A DNA stretch of 62,497 nt, the filler included. It is 7 parts of 7 records of this genome, joined end to end, with 100 filler letters (N's around TTAATTAATTAA, not from the genome) between each part and the next. Parts side by side here need not be neighbours in the genome. Positions count along the whole stretch, not along the records: positions 28,478 to 41,486 come from SRR31156797_27323; 6 more parts are not named here. One strand, written 5' to 3'. The translations under genes were made by a program, and so were the position numbers. The notes beneath the pieces are model-generated. The model was not told the origin of the DNA and did no database searches. It saw only the letters and a program-made list of their open reading frames with translations. Positions 29,372 through 40,313 of the stretch are shown piece after piece. The first letter of the stretch is position 1; each line of letters begins with the position of its first letter.

Positions 29372-32362
29372 TTGAAAGTAGAAAAATTTATAAACCGAAA
29401 GGGACCATTGATATTGTTAGGGATCGTGGTTCTTGCATTTTGGCAAGTTGCTTTTCTGCAGAACGGTATGAAATGGGATTTTGTTGATGCCTACCTTCCC
29501 TCACGTTATTTTTTTTCGGAATGTATTCTTAATAATGTTTTTCCATTTTGGAATCCGTATATGCTGTACGGGGTACCGTTTTATGCCGATCTGGTGTCGG
29601 TATTTAATCCGGAATTTTGGATTGTTGGCAATATGTTTGGTTATTCCAATGTGGTGCTTCAATATGTGTTTCTCGGGTATGTTTTTGTAGCGGGCTTGTC
29701 GTTTAGGTACTTTCTAAAACAATTTAACACCCATTCTTTCTTTGCACTGGCAGTGTCCGTTGCTTATATGCTGTCGGGATTTACAATAGGTAACGCCCAG
29801 CATGTTGGATTTGTTGCCGGCTATGCGCTGTTTCCATTGGTTGTTGGTAGCTACCTGAAATTTGTAAGGAATCCTGATAAATTGAGTCTTAGTAGAAGTT
29901 TACTGGTATTTTTAATAATGGTGTATGCGAGCTATCCTGGATTAACCATTATTCTTGCATACTACTTATTTGGAATTTTTATTTATTATTTAGTAAGGAG
30001 CAGAAAGGATTACAAGCATTTAAAAAAGCTCGTATTATATCACTTGTTATTTGCCATTGTTGTTATTGCTGCTTGTGCTGTTTTTTGGGTTTCGTATGTT
30101 CAGGCGCGTCCTTTTTTAACTCGTTACAGTGGAATCTCGCTTGACCTGGCTTTAAAACATCCATTTACCATACAGTCGTTTTTATCATTTGTCTTTCCCA
30201 TGACCGTTGGTAGCGATCCGGCTTTTTTTAAAACTGATTTATCTATGTCGAATGGTTATTTTGGGGTGATAAGTTTGGTACTGCTGGTTTATTGTTGGTT
30301 TAAGAAACGGCGGGAAAAGGAGTCGTATATTTTTCTGTTTCTAGGCATATTCTTCTTTTTAACTGCATTGGGAGAGCAATTTGTTTTGCGAGAACTCTTG
30401 TTTGAATATGTTCCTTTAATGAACATGTTTAAATATCCAGCTATTTTCAGAGCTGCCGGTATTTTTAGTTTTCTGGCTTTTCTGGGTATTAACTTTTCAG
30501 TATCAGACCTTAGGTTACACCACAAAAAACGGTTTTTGATTATCATTGGAGCTTTTATCCTTTTTTTATTTTTAACGGTAGTTTATTCGGCCACTAAAGA
30601 TTCTTCTTTTGCAATTTCAAACGTTCTGAAATTGTTCCATAACAGACTAAATAGCACCCGACTGTATGAAGCTATTGTTTTACAGGGAGGCCTAAATCTA
30701 TTCTTGTTGTTTTGTTTGCTGTTTGTTGTACTGCGGCTTAAGAATGTTAATATAATCGGGTTAATGGTGTTGGTATTGTTTGCCATTGATGGTATTGTGG
30801 CAACACAACTAAATCTGCGTTATACGGTTATCAGTGATGTAAAACCTGTTGAATTTAAAAGATATTTGGATGCCTCTCCTAAGGGATTTCCAATACCGGG
30901 TAGGTATCCCATTGGGCAAAATTCCGATAAAAATGCTTCATCAGCCTATACCTGGATGAACAACAACGTTTTTCCCAAACGGGTAAGTTTCGATGGTTTG
31001 GTTTCTTTCAAACTCGATGGATACGCTTTGTTAGCCGATAATTATCCAGGTCTTTTAGAGGAGATAAAAAATGAACCGTTACTTTATTTCAGCGAGGATA
31101 TCCGGGAAAACAGTAAAGTTGAGAATTTTAGAAAAAACACTGTTTTCCTGTTACCAGAAGATTACCGGAAATACCAATCAAAAATTAGTTCTTCAGTAAT
31201 ATCAGACCAAATAAGAATAACAGAATATTCTCCTTTAAAAATACAGGCCGAAGTAAAGGTAAAGAACGCACAGTTGTTGGTATATCAGCAAAATTATTAT
31301 AAGGGCTGGCAGGTTTTTGTGGATGGGCAGAAAACCGATTTGATTCAAAGCAATTTTGCGCATATGGCAGTTTTTATTCCTTCAGGTGAACATGATGTTG
31401 AGTTTCGTTACAAAAATCCACTTGTAATTGTTTCATTTATTTTTTCTGCCTTTGTATTTTTTGTTCTGTTGAGTGTGTTTTTTTATTTAAAGATTTACTC
31501 AAAACCCGGGGGAAAATATTGGGCTTTTGCGGTCGTAGCAATTTTTATAAGTACCAGCCTGATAAATCGAATTATATATCAAAAAAAGAAGTCAGGTCTG
31601 TTAACCGAAATTGAGCATACTTTTGCGGCATTAAAAAATAAAAATCCAAACAATGTTACAAGCTTTTTAAGCTATGCATCAAATACCGTTTACAATTCAG
31701 AAAATATTGATAAAGCTTTTTTTATAGATGGTAAAAACAGTTTTGCCGACTTTGTTGAGGTATTAAGTGAGGCCAAAACCGATACTTTCGCTTTTGGTTG
31801 GGTAAATGGCCAGGTTAATCCGGAAATAATTGAGCTGATTAATGTGTTTTATCCAGAAACAATTCAGCAAAAAGTTACCGCAAACTCGGGGCTAATGGTC
31901 GCGGTAAAAGGCGATAGGGCTAATTTTTTCTTCGAAGAAGATTTTGAACCGGGAACAATATCTCACTGGTCGAAAGATCTGAAAAGAATAAAAACAGATA
32001 CTTCAGAAAAGAACCGTTATTTTACTTTTTCGTCGACAGAAAAATGGGGAACTACGCTTGGGGTCGAGATTGAGGAAGACCTTGTTTATTCAAACCGCAT
32101 AACTGTTGTAGCAGATATTCAGATGAAAAAGGAGCTGAAGGATGTTTTATTGGTTGTTGAGCTAAAAAGGGGAGATGAAAGACTTGAGTATGAGGCTTTC
32201 GGGTTGGGATCTTATATAAAAAGGGCAGAAAGATGGACAACCTTTGCAGTTGTGGCAAACATCGATTCTGAACTGCAGACAGGAGATAAATTAATTGTAT
32301 ATTTCTGGAATAAGGATGAAGCACAATTCAATATTGATAATTTAAGGCTTCGTTTCCACTAG
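29372..32362 (+). CDS. YfhO-family GT-C membrane protein with a long C-terminal extension
   Basis: PFWNPYMLYGVPFYAD, many TM helices, YQQNYYKGWQVFVDG..FIPSGEHDVEFRY; Bacteroidota TAnnTTTG box at 29344-29351; TTG start inferred. Confidence 0.85.
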   Translation: MKVEKFINRKGPLILLGIVVLAFWQVAFLQNGMKWDFVDAYLPSRYFFSECILNNVFPFWNPYMLYGVPFYADLVSVFNPEFWIVGNMFGYSNVVLQYVFLGYVFVAGLSFRYFLKQFNTHSFFALAVSVAYMLSGFTIGNAQHVGFVAGYALFPLVVGSYLKFVRNPDKLSLSRSLLVFLIMVYASYPGLTIILAYYLFGIFIYYLVRSRKDYKHLKKLVLYHLLFAIVVIAACAVFWVSYVQARPFLTRYSGISLDLALKHPFTIQSFLSFVFPMTVGSDPAFFKTDLSMSNGYFGVISLVLLVYCWFKKRREKESYIFLFLGIFFFLTALGEQFVLRELLFEYVPLMNMFKYPAIFRAAGIFSFLAFLGINFSVSDLRLHHKKRFLIIIGAFILFLFLTVVYSATKDSSFAISNVLKLFHNRLNSTRLYEAIVLQGGLNLFLLFCLLFVVLRLKNVNIIGLMVLVLFAIDGIVATQLNLRYTVISDVKPVEFKRYLDASPKGFPIPGRYPIGQNSDKNASSAYTWMNNNVFPKRVSFDGLVSFKLDGYALLADNYPGLLEEIKNEPLLYFSEDIRENSKVENFRKNTVFLLPEDYRKYQSKISSSVISDQIRITEYSPLKIQAEVKVKNAQLLVYQQNYYKGWQVFVDGQKTDLIQSNFAHMAVFIPSGEHDVEFRYKNPLVIVSFIFSAFVFFVLLSVFFYLKIYSKPGGKYWAFAVVAIFISTSLINRIIYQKKKSGLLTEIEHTFAALKNKNPNNVTSFLSYASNTVYNSENIDKAFFIDGKNSFADFVEVLSEAKTDTFAFGWVNGQVNPEIIELINVFYPETIQQKVTANSGLMVAVKGDRANFFFEEDFEPGTISHWSKDLKRIKTDTSEKNRYFTFSSTEKWGTTLGVEIEEDLVYSNRITVVADIQMKKELKDVLLVVELKRGDERLEYEAFGLGSYIKRAERWTTFAVVANIDSELQTGDKLIVYFWNKDEAQFNIDNLRLRFH

Positions 32363-32441
32363 AGTAAACTGAATTCTGAAATCTTGATACCGTCAAATAT
32401 AAATAAGGTGTTTTTGTTTACATTTACCCAAAATTCAGAAT

Positions 32442-33020
32442 ATGAAACTTGTTTTTGCAACAAATAACCAACATAAGCTTGAAGAGCTGCAAGCAATTTT
32501 AGGGGTTGATTTTCAGCTTTTAAGTTTAAAAGATATTCAGTGTTTTGAAGAAATTCCTGAAGAACAACCTACCTTGGAAGGGAACGCAAGGCAAAAGGCT
32601 TTTTTTGTGTACGAAAAATACGGATATAATTGTTTTGCAGACGATACAGGGTTAGAAATTGAAGCTTTAAATGGAGAGCCGGGAGTATATTCTGCACGTT
32701 ATGCGGGAGAAGATAAAAATGCAGCCGCCAATATGAAAAAAGTATTGACTAAGCTGACTGAAATAAAAAACAGAAATGCGCGTTTTAGAACTGTAATTTC
32801 ACTGGTAATTAATGGACAGGAAAAGCAGTTTGAAGGAATAGTGGATGGCGAAATACTAGATCAAAAACGAGGTGGTTCCGGCTTTGGCTACGATCCAATA
32901 TTTCAACCGGAAGGATTTCAACAATCGTTTGCCGAAATGGAGCTTACCGAAAAGAATAAAATTAGCCACCGCGGAAGGGCTGTTCAAAGATTGGTTAGTT
33001 ATTTAAAACAAGTTGAATAA
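32442..33020 (+). CDS. rdgB: Non-canonical purine NTP pyrophosphatase (RdgB/HAM1)
   Basis: [40 protein letters not shown]. Confidence 0.96.
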   Translation: MKLVFATNNQHKLEELQAILGVDFQLLSLKDIQCFEEIPEEQPTLEGNARQKAFFVYEKYGYNCFADDTGLEIEALNGEPGVYSARYAGEDKNAAANMKKVLTKLTEIKNRNARFRTVISLVINGQEKQFEGIVDGEILDQKRGGSGFGYDPIFQPEGFQQSFAEMELTEKNKISHRGRAVQRLVSYLKQVE

Positions 33021-35340
33021 GATGATGCAACGATTTTTACTTTTTATTACTCTAATATTTTTTGTTCTTACTTCTAATGCCAAACGTACTCAGGGTACGT
33101 GGCAAGATTATCTTTCCTATAGTAATGCTTCCAAAATAGCGATTTCTCCGGATAAAATCTATTGTCTTACCGAAGGAGGTGTTTTTTATTTCGATCGGGA
33201 AGATAACAGTGTGAATAAATTTGGCGATGCTGTAGATCTTTCGGATACTGAGGTAAATACAATTGCATACAGTAGTGAAAATAATTTATTGCTTATCGCC
33301 TATAGCAACAGCAATATCGACTTACTTTTCGATGATGGAAACGTAGTGAATTTGCCTGATATTAAACGAAAAACAATAAGTGGCGATAAGTCGGTAAACA
33401 ATATTACTTTTTCCGGGAATGAAGCTTATCTGGCCTGTGGTTTTGGAATAGTTGTTATAAATATTGATAAACAGGAAGTTAAAGATACCTACTACATTGG
33501 GGATGAAGGAACAGCCATGGTGGTTAACGATGTAGATCTGGATGATTCGAATTTGTATGCGGCTACTGACAATGGTATTTATGCTGCTTCAGTACAATCT
33601 TCTAATCTGGCGGATTATACCAACTGGATTCATGTGGAGAATATTCCTCATGCAGATGATGCATTTAATCATGTGGTAAATCATTCCGGAAATATTATTT
33701 GTAATTATTCGGCCGGAGAGTGGTACCAGGATAATATGTACATTCTAAATAATGGAGAATGGGATGAATACATGCCTGCGATTCGATATGCGCACGATAT
33801 GCAAAGTAACGGACAATATTTAAGTATTGCCAGTCGCGATGCCGTTTTTATTATAGATGAATCGCACACAAAAATTGGAGAAATAAAATCATATACGTTT
33901 AGTAATAAAACTGTTAGTAGTATAAAACCAATTAGTGCAGATGTTGCCGAAGATGGTAGCATTTGGATCGCTGATGATGAGCAGAATCTGGTAAAAATAT
34001 TGGGAGAAAGTTTCGAACAGATGCTGCCCCCCGGACCTTTAAGTAACAATGTATTTTATGTAGGTGCTATTAATAATGAACTATGGATTGCCCCGGGGAG
34101 TTTTGTCGGATACACACAACCTTACTTTCAGCGGTATGGAAGTGAAGGATGGACCTATTTTTCAAAGGATGATTATTCTGAGCTGGATGGTTTTTATAAC
34201 ATCGTTACGATTGAAGTTGATCCATTAGATCCTGATCATTTTTTTGTAGCCAGTTGGGGTGGAGGCTTGTTGGAATATAAAAACGATGAGTTTGTTGAAC
34301 GTTATTACAATTTAAACAGCCCTCTTGAAACAGCAGTGCCACTGCAGCCTAATGAGCCTTATACACGGATTGGAGGATTAAGTTTTGACTCGGAAGGAAA
34401 CCTTTGGATGACCAATGCAGAATGTGCCCATAATGTTCATAAGCTATCTTCGTCTGGCGAATGGGAATCTTTTGAACTACCCGAGATAGCCAATGATTAC
34501 AATCCTACAGATATAATTGTAACACAAAGTGGGGACAAGTGGGTAATTGTTCCGGGTTACGATGCTTATGTGCTGGATGAAACAGGTGCGCAAGTTAAAC
34601 AGTTACTGGTAAAGACTTATTTTAGTAACGGTACCGATCAAGTGATAACCCGAATGAATGATGTTAAATCGATAGCCGAGGATTTGGACGGTGCTATTTG
34701 GATTGGTAGCTCAAAAGGAGTAGCAGTTTACAGCAATCCTTCCCGGATTTGGAACGATGATACTTTTTATGGGGCACAACCTGGTCTTGATTTAGATGAC
34801 GGAATTTATCATCCGTTACTCGAAACAGAATCGGTTACCGCTATTGCTGTTGATGGAGCAAATAGAAAGTGGTTGGGAACCGATGGTGCAGGAGTATATT
34901 TAGTTTCGGAAACCGGAGAAGAAGAAATTTTAAATTTTGATACGGATAATAGCCCCTTGTTATCAAATACCATATTGTCTATTACAATAAATCAAAAGTC
35001 GGGTGAAGTATTTTTTGGTACGGATAAAGGATTGATTTCATACCAGGGAGACGCAACGGGAGGTGAAGACTCGTATAGTAATGTGTATGTTTATCCAAAC
35101 CCGGTACGTGAGACATATAGCGGATCGGTAACCATTGCAGGATTGATAGAAAATACCGATGTGAAGATTACCGATATTAGCGGTAACCTGGTTTTTAAAA
35201 CTACTTCTACAGGAGGCCAGGCAGTGTGGGATGGTAATAATTTAAACGGAAACAGGGTAAAAACAGGGGTTTATCTGGTTTTTTGTAACGACGAAAACGG
35301 AGAAGAGACACACATTACAAAGATCTTATTTATTCATTGA
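33013..35340 (+). CDS. porZ: T9SS PorZ-like two-beta-propeller protein with C-terminal sorting domain
   Basis: Signal peptide, [43 protein letters not shown]; directly upstream of recO. Confidence 0.88.
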   Translation: MNKMMQRFLLFITLIFFVLTSNAKRTQGTWQDYLSYSNASKIAISPDKIYCLTEGGVFYFDREDNSVNKFGDAVDLSDTEVNTIAYSSENNLLLIAYSNSNIDLLFDDGNVVNLPDIKRKTISGDKSVNNITFSGNEAYLACGFGIVVINIDKQEVKDTYYIGDEGTAMVVNDVDLDDSNLYAATDNGIYAASVQSSNLADYTNWIHVENIPHADDAFNHVVNHSGNIICNYSAGEWYQDNMYILNNGEWDEYMPAIRYAHDMQSNGQYLSIASRDAVFIIDESHTKIGEIKSYTFSNKTVSSIKPISADVAEDGSIWIADDEQNLVKILGESFEQMLPPGPLSNNVFYVGAINNELWIAPGSFVGYTQPYFQRYGSEGWTYFSKDDYSELDGFYNIVTIEVDPLDPDHFFVASWGGGLLEYKNDEFVERYYNLNSPLETAVPLQPNEPYTRIGGLSFDSEGNLWMTNAECAHNVHKLSSSGEWESFELPEIANDYNPTDIIVTQSGDKWVIVPGYDAYVLDETGAQVKQLLVKTYFSNGTDQVITRMNDVKSIAEDLDGAIWIGSSKGVAVYSNPSRIWNDDTFYGAQPGLDLDDGIYHPLLETESVTAIAVDGANRKWLGTDGAGVYLVSETGEEEILNFDTDNSPLLSNTILSITINQKSGEVFFGTDKGLISYQGDATGGEDSYSNVYVYPNPVRETYSGSVTIAGLIENTDVKITDISGNLVFKTTSTGGQAVWDGNNLNGNRVKTGVYLVFCNDENGEETHITKILFIH

Positions 35341-35394
35341 TAAAGAATTTGGTTTTTTTACTCAACTTTTAACGTTTAAACGTTGGACTTTGAT

Positions 35395-36120
35395 ATGATT
35401 GCAGTAACTGAAGGTATAGTATTACACTCGATTAAGTACGGCGAAACAAGTGTTATTGCAACCATTTTCACCAAAGAATTTGGAAGGCAAAGCTATATGG
35501 TGAATGCTTCGCGCAGCCGTAAATCAAAAAATAAGGCGAGTTTATTGCAACCCATGTTTTTGGTGGAACTGGAAGCCTACCAAAAGCAAACGAGAGATAT
35601 TCAACGTATTCGTAACCTAAAGAGCCAAACCGTTTTTCAAAATATTCCTTTTGATATAGTAAAATCTACTCAGGCGATTTTTCTGGCAGAAGTTCTTTAC
35701 AAAACTATTCACGAGCAAGAAAGTTATATAGAGCTTTACGATTTTATTAAACATGCATTAATGTACCTCGACCTAATGGAGGATGGGAAGGCCAATTTTC
35801 ATTTATACTTTTTGTTTCGCTTAACAGAGTATCTGGGATTTATGCCTGATACTGCCTCGATAGGTTTTGAAGGTTGGCTCGATTTAAAAAAGGGAGCCAT
35901 TGTACCGTTTGAGCCATCACATCCCTTGTTTGCAAATAAGAATACAACAGCTTATCTGGTTAAGCTGGCCTTATTGAAGATTAATGAACTAAGTGAACTT
36001 CGAATACCAAGAACTGTACGCGATAATCTGCTTGAGGTATTGGTTGATTATTATCGTTTGCATTTTGAAACTTTAGGAGAAATAAAATCATTGAAGGTTC
36101 TTCAGGAAGTTTTTTCTTAA
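35395..36120 (+). CDS. recO: DNA repair protein RecO
   Basis: TEGIVLHSIKYGETSVI..FTKEFGRQSY, LLQPM, IKSLKVLQEVF. Confidence 0.93.
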   Translation: MIAVTEGIVLHSIKYGETSVIATIFTKEFGRQSYMVNASRSRKSKNKASLLQPMFLVELEAYQKQTRDIQRIRNLKSQTVFQNIPFDIVKSTQAIFLAEVLYKTIHEQESYIELYDFIKHALMYLDLMEDGKANFHLYFLFRLTEYLGFMPDTASIGFEGWLDLKKGAIVPFEPSHPLFANKNTTAYLVKLALLKINELSELRIPRTVRDNLLEVLVDYYRLHFETLGEIKSLKVLQEVFS

Positions 36121-36143
36121 ACAAACAAATTTGAAGATAAACC

Positions 36144-37550
36144 TTAATCTTCTTTAATAATTGTTACCTCGTAGGTAAAAAGTTCAGCCGTTTTCCATCC
36201 ATCCCAACCTAGTCTGGCTTTATCTTTTGAACATCTTTCCAAAAATTCTTCCTTACTCCATCCTGTTTTATTGGCAACCTGGGGGAGGAACGTTCCGGTA
36301 TTGAGTCCGCTACGAATATAAATCCCGTGACGGCCCAATTCAAGTTCATCAATTGAGTTTATCCTATGCAAAGGTGAAAGTATAGAAACTTCAATTTTCA
36401 TGTTTTTCAGTTCTTCTGCTTTCACCGACTCAAAACGATGATCAAATGCAGCAGATACTGCGTGTTTCTTAATCAGCTCTTTTAGCGTTTTTTCTCCGGA
36501 GAATCCTCCAATACAGCCGCGTAGCTTATCATTAACATAAACGCTAATAAAAACACCGGCTTTTTTATTTAAAATGTCGGCAGAATAGGAAATTTTACTT
36601 ACATCCTGACCTAAATATTTGGATATGGAATTATGCGCCAACTGGAGAACTGCTTTTTTATCTGTTTCAGATAATTCAAAAACAGGCTTTTCAAAAATTC
36701 CTATTGCCCAATAGCCTACTACTCTTTTTTTGTCGGAATAATCTCTGGCATCTCCCGAATTTTTGTAATCCAGAGCTTCCAGTTTTAAGTTGTGGTTTTC
36801 AGTAAGGTATAAAAGAGTAAGTACCGATGTCCAGCCGCAAAGCGAGGTATCAAGGTTTAAGATGTTTCTTTCCTTGTTTTTCTGTAGGGTTTTAAGTAGT
36901 TCCTTTGCAGAATTTTTAAGTATTGAATCAGCAGTTATCCTGTCAATTTCGTTTGCCGTTTCGTAGGTCGGGAAATGCGAAAAATCTGTACTGATAAGAA
37001 ACAAATTGTCGGTGGTAAAATAAGGCTTTAGTTGTTGTGCGATTTCAAAACAATCTTCCGGTTTACGGGTGCCAAGTATTATTGGAACGAGTTTAAAATT
37101 CTTTCCCAGTTTAAACTGAAGAAACGGAAGCTGTACTTCCAGGCTGTGTTCATACAGATGAGCATCTGATCGATTGTTAAAAACTGGTGATTTTATGAGT
37201 TGTTCGGCCAGTTTTTTATTGACCTTAATCTCTCCCAGTGGAGTTTCGTAGTTCCCATCGGTATAAACCGATGCACCGGTAAAAGCGTATTGGTGACTTG
37301 AGGCGATAACAAAAACATTTTTATAGCTTTTATTTTCAGGTATTTGTTTATATGCCGAAGCTGCTACTGATCCGCTAAATATATAACCAGCATGTGGTAC
37401 TATAAGCGCCCTTAACAGGTTAGTGGTTGGTAGCGGTTTACGTGAATCGCGAAACAATTGAATTAATTCATCCTGCAAAATTTCGCTTGTTGCCGGGTAA
37501 AATTGTCCGGCAACTGCTGCTGCTCTGTTTTTGTTTCTTTTAAAGATCAT
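36144..37550 (-). CDS. amrB: AmmeMemoRadiSam protein B (MEMO1) fused to protein A (AMMECR1)
   Basis: AVAGQFYP, VPHAGYIFSG, EHSLEVQLPFL, STDFSHF; C-terminal LRGCIG, EVSILSP, GTFLPQVA. Confidence 0.92.
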   Translation of the reverse strand: MIFKRNKNRAAAVAGQFYPATSEILQDELIQLFRDSRKPLPTTNLLRALIVPHAGYIFSGSVAASAYKQIPENKSYKNVFVIASSHQYAFTGASVYTDGNYETPLGEIKVNKKLAEQLIKSPVFNNRSDAHLYEHSLEVQLPFLQFKLGKNFKLVPIILGTRKPEDCFEIAQQLKPYFTTDNLFLISTDFSHFPTYETANEIDRITADSILKNSAKELLKTLQKNKERNILNLDTSLCGWTSVLTLLYLTENHNLKLEALDYKNSGDARDYSDKKRVVGYWAIGIFEKPVFELSETDKKAVLQLAHNSISKYLGQDVSKISYSADILNKKAGVFISVYVNDKLRGCIGGFSGEKTLKELIKKHAVSAAFDHRFESVKAEELKNMKIEVSILSPLHRINSIDELELGRHGIYIRSGLNTGTFLPQVANKTGWSKEEFLERCSKDKARLGWDGWKTAELFTYEVTIIKED

Positions 37551-37710
37551 AACTTCTAATCCTTAGTAAGGTAGTAATTTTATTACGCGTACAGGTAAAA
37601 TTGGTTCGAAACATCATTTGTGAAGAAACATTTAAATACTCTGGAATTTGAGTGAATCGGTTTTAATAGCTGAAAGGGATGCTGTAAATTTACGAGAATA
37701 CATTTTTCTG

Positions 37711-38535
37711 ATGGATAAAAGTAACTTACAAGGTGTTATTGCTGTTATTGCTGAAGCAGGTAATGCAATCATTGAGGTATACCAAAGCAACAGTTTTGAT
37801 GAGGAACTGAAATCAGATAATTCGCCTGTTACAAAGGCTGATAAAGCCTCAAGCAAAATTCTTAATAAAGGATTAAATGTCATATTTCCCGATATTCCTG
37901 TTTTAGATGAAGAAACAAATTTCCCCGAATATGAAGTGAGAAGGCAATGGAAAAACTACTTTTTGGTTGATCCGTTGGATGGAACCAAGGAGTTTATAAA
38001 GCGAAATGGAGAGTTTTGTATAAATGTTGCCATAATAGATGGAACTTCTCCTGTAGAAGGGTGGATTTATGAACCGCTAAAAGAAAAGGGGTGGTATTGT
38101 AAAAAGGGTGAAGGAATTTTTGAATTTAACAGTCTTGGGAATATTGTAAGAATAGAGAAGCCAACAAATAAGCCAGATCGTATCAGGATTGCAACCAGTC
38201 GTTCGTTTTTTAAACCGCGTGAAGCAGAACTGATTGAAAAGATGAAAAGATCCTATCACCTGGAGATCATTCATTGTGGCAGTTCGAAAAAGCAGATTCA
38301 GATGATTAATGGCAATGCCGATATGTATTTAAAAGCCGGACCATGTTCGGAGTGGGATACAGCACCAGGCCAGTTAATGGTAGAAGAGTTTGGGGGTGTT
38401 GTTTTTAGGCAGGATAATTTTGAACGAATGGAATATACCAAGCCGATTCTGAAAAATCCACATTTTGTAATGTTGGGAGAACGTCTTAATAAGGCTGAAT
38501 TTGTGGCGTTTATCAAAGATATTATTCGCGAATAA
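37711..38535 (+). CDS. cysQ: 3'(2'),5'-bisphosphate nucleotidase
   Basis: KSDNSPVTKAD, LVDPLDGTKEFIKRNGEF, EWDTAPG. Confidence 0.9.
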   Translation: MDKSNLQGVIAVIAEAGNAIIEVYQSNSFDEELKSDNSPVTKADKASSKILNKGLNVIFPDIPVLDEETNFPEYEVRRQWKNYFLVDPLDGTKEFIKRNGEFCINVAIIDGTSPVEGWIYEPLKEKGWYCKKGEGIFEFNSLGNIVRIEKPTNKPDRIRIATSRSFFKPREAELIEKMKRSYHLEIIHCGSSKKQIQMINGNADMYLKAGPCSEWDTAPGQLMVEEFGGVVFRQDNFERMEYTKPILKNPHFVMLGERLNKAEFVAFIKDIIRE

Positions 38536-38592
38536 CTGTCCTGTATTTTTGCTTCCTCCGTACGGATATTCTATCTTGGTACAAAAAAAGAA

Positions 38593-38871
38593 ATGAAACG
38601 AATTGTAGTATTATCCATTCTGTTTTTGTTTGCTGCATTGTTATTTGCAGGCTGTGCAACTCAATCAATCAGTAATATTGGCGATACACCAGGATTTTTT
38701 AAAGGGCTTTTACATGGGTTTATAATTCTTTTTAGTTTTATCGGAAGTTTATTTACCGACTACGAGATATATGCGTTTCCGAATGCCGGAGGCTGGTATA
38801 ATCTTGGCTACCTGCTGGGAGTAATGTTCTTTTTTGGTGGAGGTGGTGCAAGTGCCAAGTGTAAGAAATAA
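38593..38871 (+). CDS. Small membrane lipoprotein, hypothetical
   Basis: Lipobox LFAGC; GFFKGLLHG..GGWYNLGYLLG hydrophobic segments. Confidence 0.8.
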   Translation: MKRIVVLSILFLFAALLFAGCATQSISNIGDTPGFFKGLLHGFIILFSFIGSLFTDYEIYAFPNAGGWYNLGYLLGVMFFFGGGGASAKCKK

Positions 38872-39066
38872 AGAGCGTGATTTGAACTAAATTACAGTTG
38901 CGAACAACATCCTGTGCAAAACTTACGTTTGTTATCAAAGTAAGCACAATCATAATGATTATATTCGCTTCGATTTTTAATGGATAAATAGCAAAAAATG
39001 AAATGAGTTTCGGTACATCGAGACGAGTTTCAACCTATGCATTAACGAATAAACAATATTAATAAG

Positions 39067-39615
39067 ATGAAAAAGATAGTTGTTTTTTTGGCCGCATTCT
39101 TACTGATATTCTCATCATGTAAAATATTCAAACAATCTGGTGCGCCGGCTGAATCTACTTATACTTCGGATAACACAGCTCCAACAAAAGTGTTTACTGT
39201 TCCGGGAAGTGAAACCAACGAAACAAAACCCGCAGAAAAAGCGGAAAAACCTGCAGAAACGATAAAAGAGGAGTCCAAAAAAGTAGTACCTGAACCTGCT
39301 CCGATTATAGATGAAAAACCTATTGCTGTTCGTAAAGAGCAGGTTTCGTTTACCGAACAGGTCGATCAGACTGCCAATGCCGGCAATACTTATTTTGTAA
39401 TTCTGGGATCTTTTAGCCAGTTAGAGAACGCAAAAAATGCACGTTCGATAATGATAGATGAAGGTTTTACCCCGATAATTTTACATAGCGAAACAGGTTA
39501 TTACAGAGTGTGTGTAAACTCATACAAAAGCGAAATTGAAGCAAGAAACAGAGTTACCCATATTCGCCAGACATTTCCTAAGTATGCCGATTTATGGCTA
39601 TTAATTAAAGAATAG
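39067..39615 (+). CDS. SPOR-domain lipoprotein
   Basis: Lipobox FSSC; YFVILGSFSQLENA..YYRV..WLL. Confidence 0.88.
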   Translation: MKKIVVFLAAFLLIFSSCKIFKQSGAPAESTYTSDNTAPTKVFTVPGSETNETKPAEKAEKPAETIKEESKKVVPEPAPIIDEKPIAVRKEQVSFTEQVDQTANAGNTYFVILGSFSQLENAKNARSIMIDEGFTPIILHSETGYYRVCVNSYKSEIEARNRVTHIRQTFPKYADLWLLIKE

Positions 39616-39639
39616 GATAATATTCAAATTGATTTGATG

Positions 39640-39661
39640 CGCCGCTTTCGCGGCGTTTTTT
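39640..39661 (+). terminator. Intrinsic terminator
   Basis: CGCCGC-TTTC-GCGGCG-TTTTTT. Confidence 0.8.
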
Positions 39662-39803
39662 ATATCTGGTTTTCTTTAAAAATCCTTAAAATCAAATACA
39701 ATGCTCTCAATGTTGTTATTAATCGGTTGAGAATTGAAAATCAGTACTATTTTTGTAATCGTTTCAAAAAAAGAATACCCATTCAAAAGAAAGAAAATTG
39801 TTT

Positions 39804-40232
39804 ATGAGTAAAAATGAGAAACAAAAATTACTCGATCAGCGCTATTTAAAAATGGCTGACATCTGGGCACAGAATTCCTATTGTAAACGTCGCCAGGTAG
39901 GAGCATTAATTGTAAAGGATAAGATGATAATTTCTGATGGCTACAATGGAACACCATCAGGATTCGAAAATGTTTGTGAAGATGAAGATTCTAAAACAAA
40001 ACCTTATGTTTTGCATGCTGAAGCTAATGCGATTACAAAAGTTGCCAAGTCGGGTAACAGCAGCGACGGAGCTACTTTATACGTTACATCTTCTCCTTGC
40101 ATGGAATGCTCGAAACTAATTATACAGGCAGGTATTAAAAGGGTAGTGTTTACAGAAAATTATCGTGTTGAAGATGGGATTAACCTGCTAAAACGTGCAA
40201 ATATAATTGTTGAACAGGTGGATATAGAATAA
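39804..40232 (+). CDS. dCMP deaminase family protein
   Basis: SYCKRRQVGA, DGYNGTP, HAEANAI, SPCMECSK. Confidence 0.95.
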   Translation: MSKNEKQKLLDQRYLKMADIWAQNSYCKRRQVGALIVKDKMIISDGYNGTPSGFENVCEDEDSKTKPYVLHAEANAITKVAKSGNSSDGATLYVTSSPCMECSKLIIQAGIKRVVFTENYRVEDGINLLKRANIIVEQVDIE

Positions 40233-40313
40233 CGTTAATAATAATAGAAGGATGATTCTGGATAAAGGTTGTTCTTCTTCCGAAGGAATAGCTTCGGCAC
40301 AACTTCTGAAATT

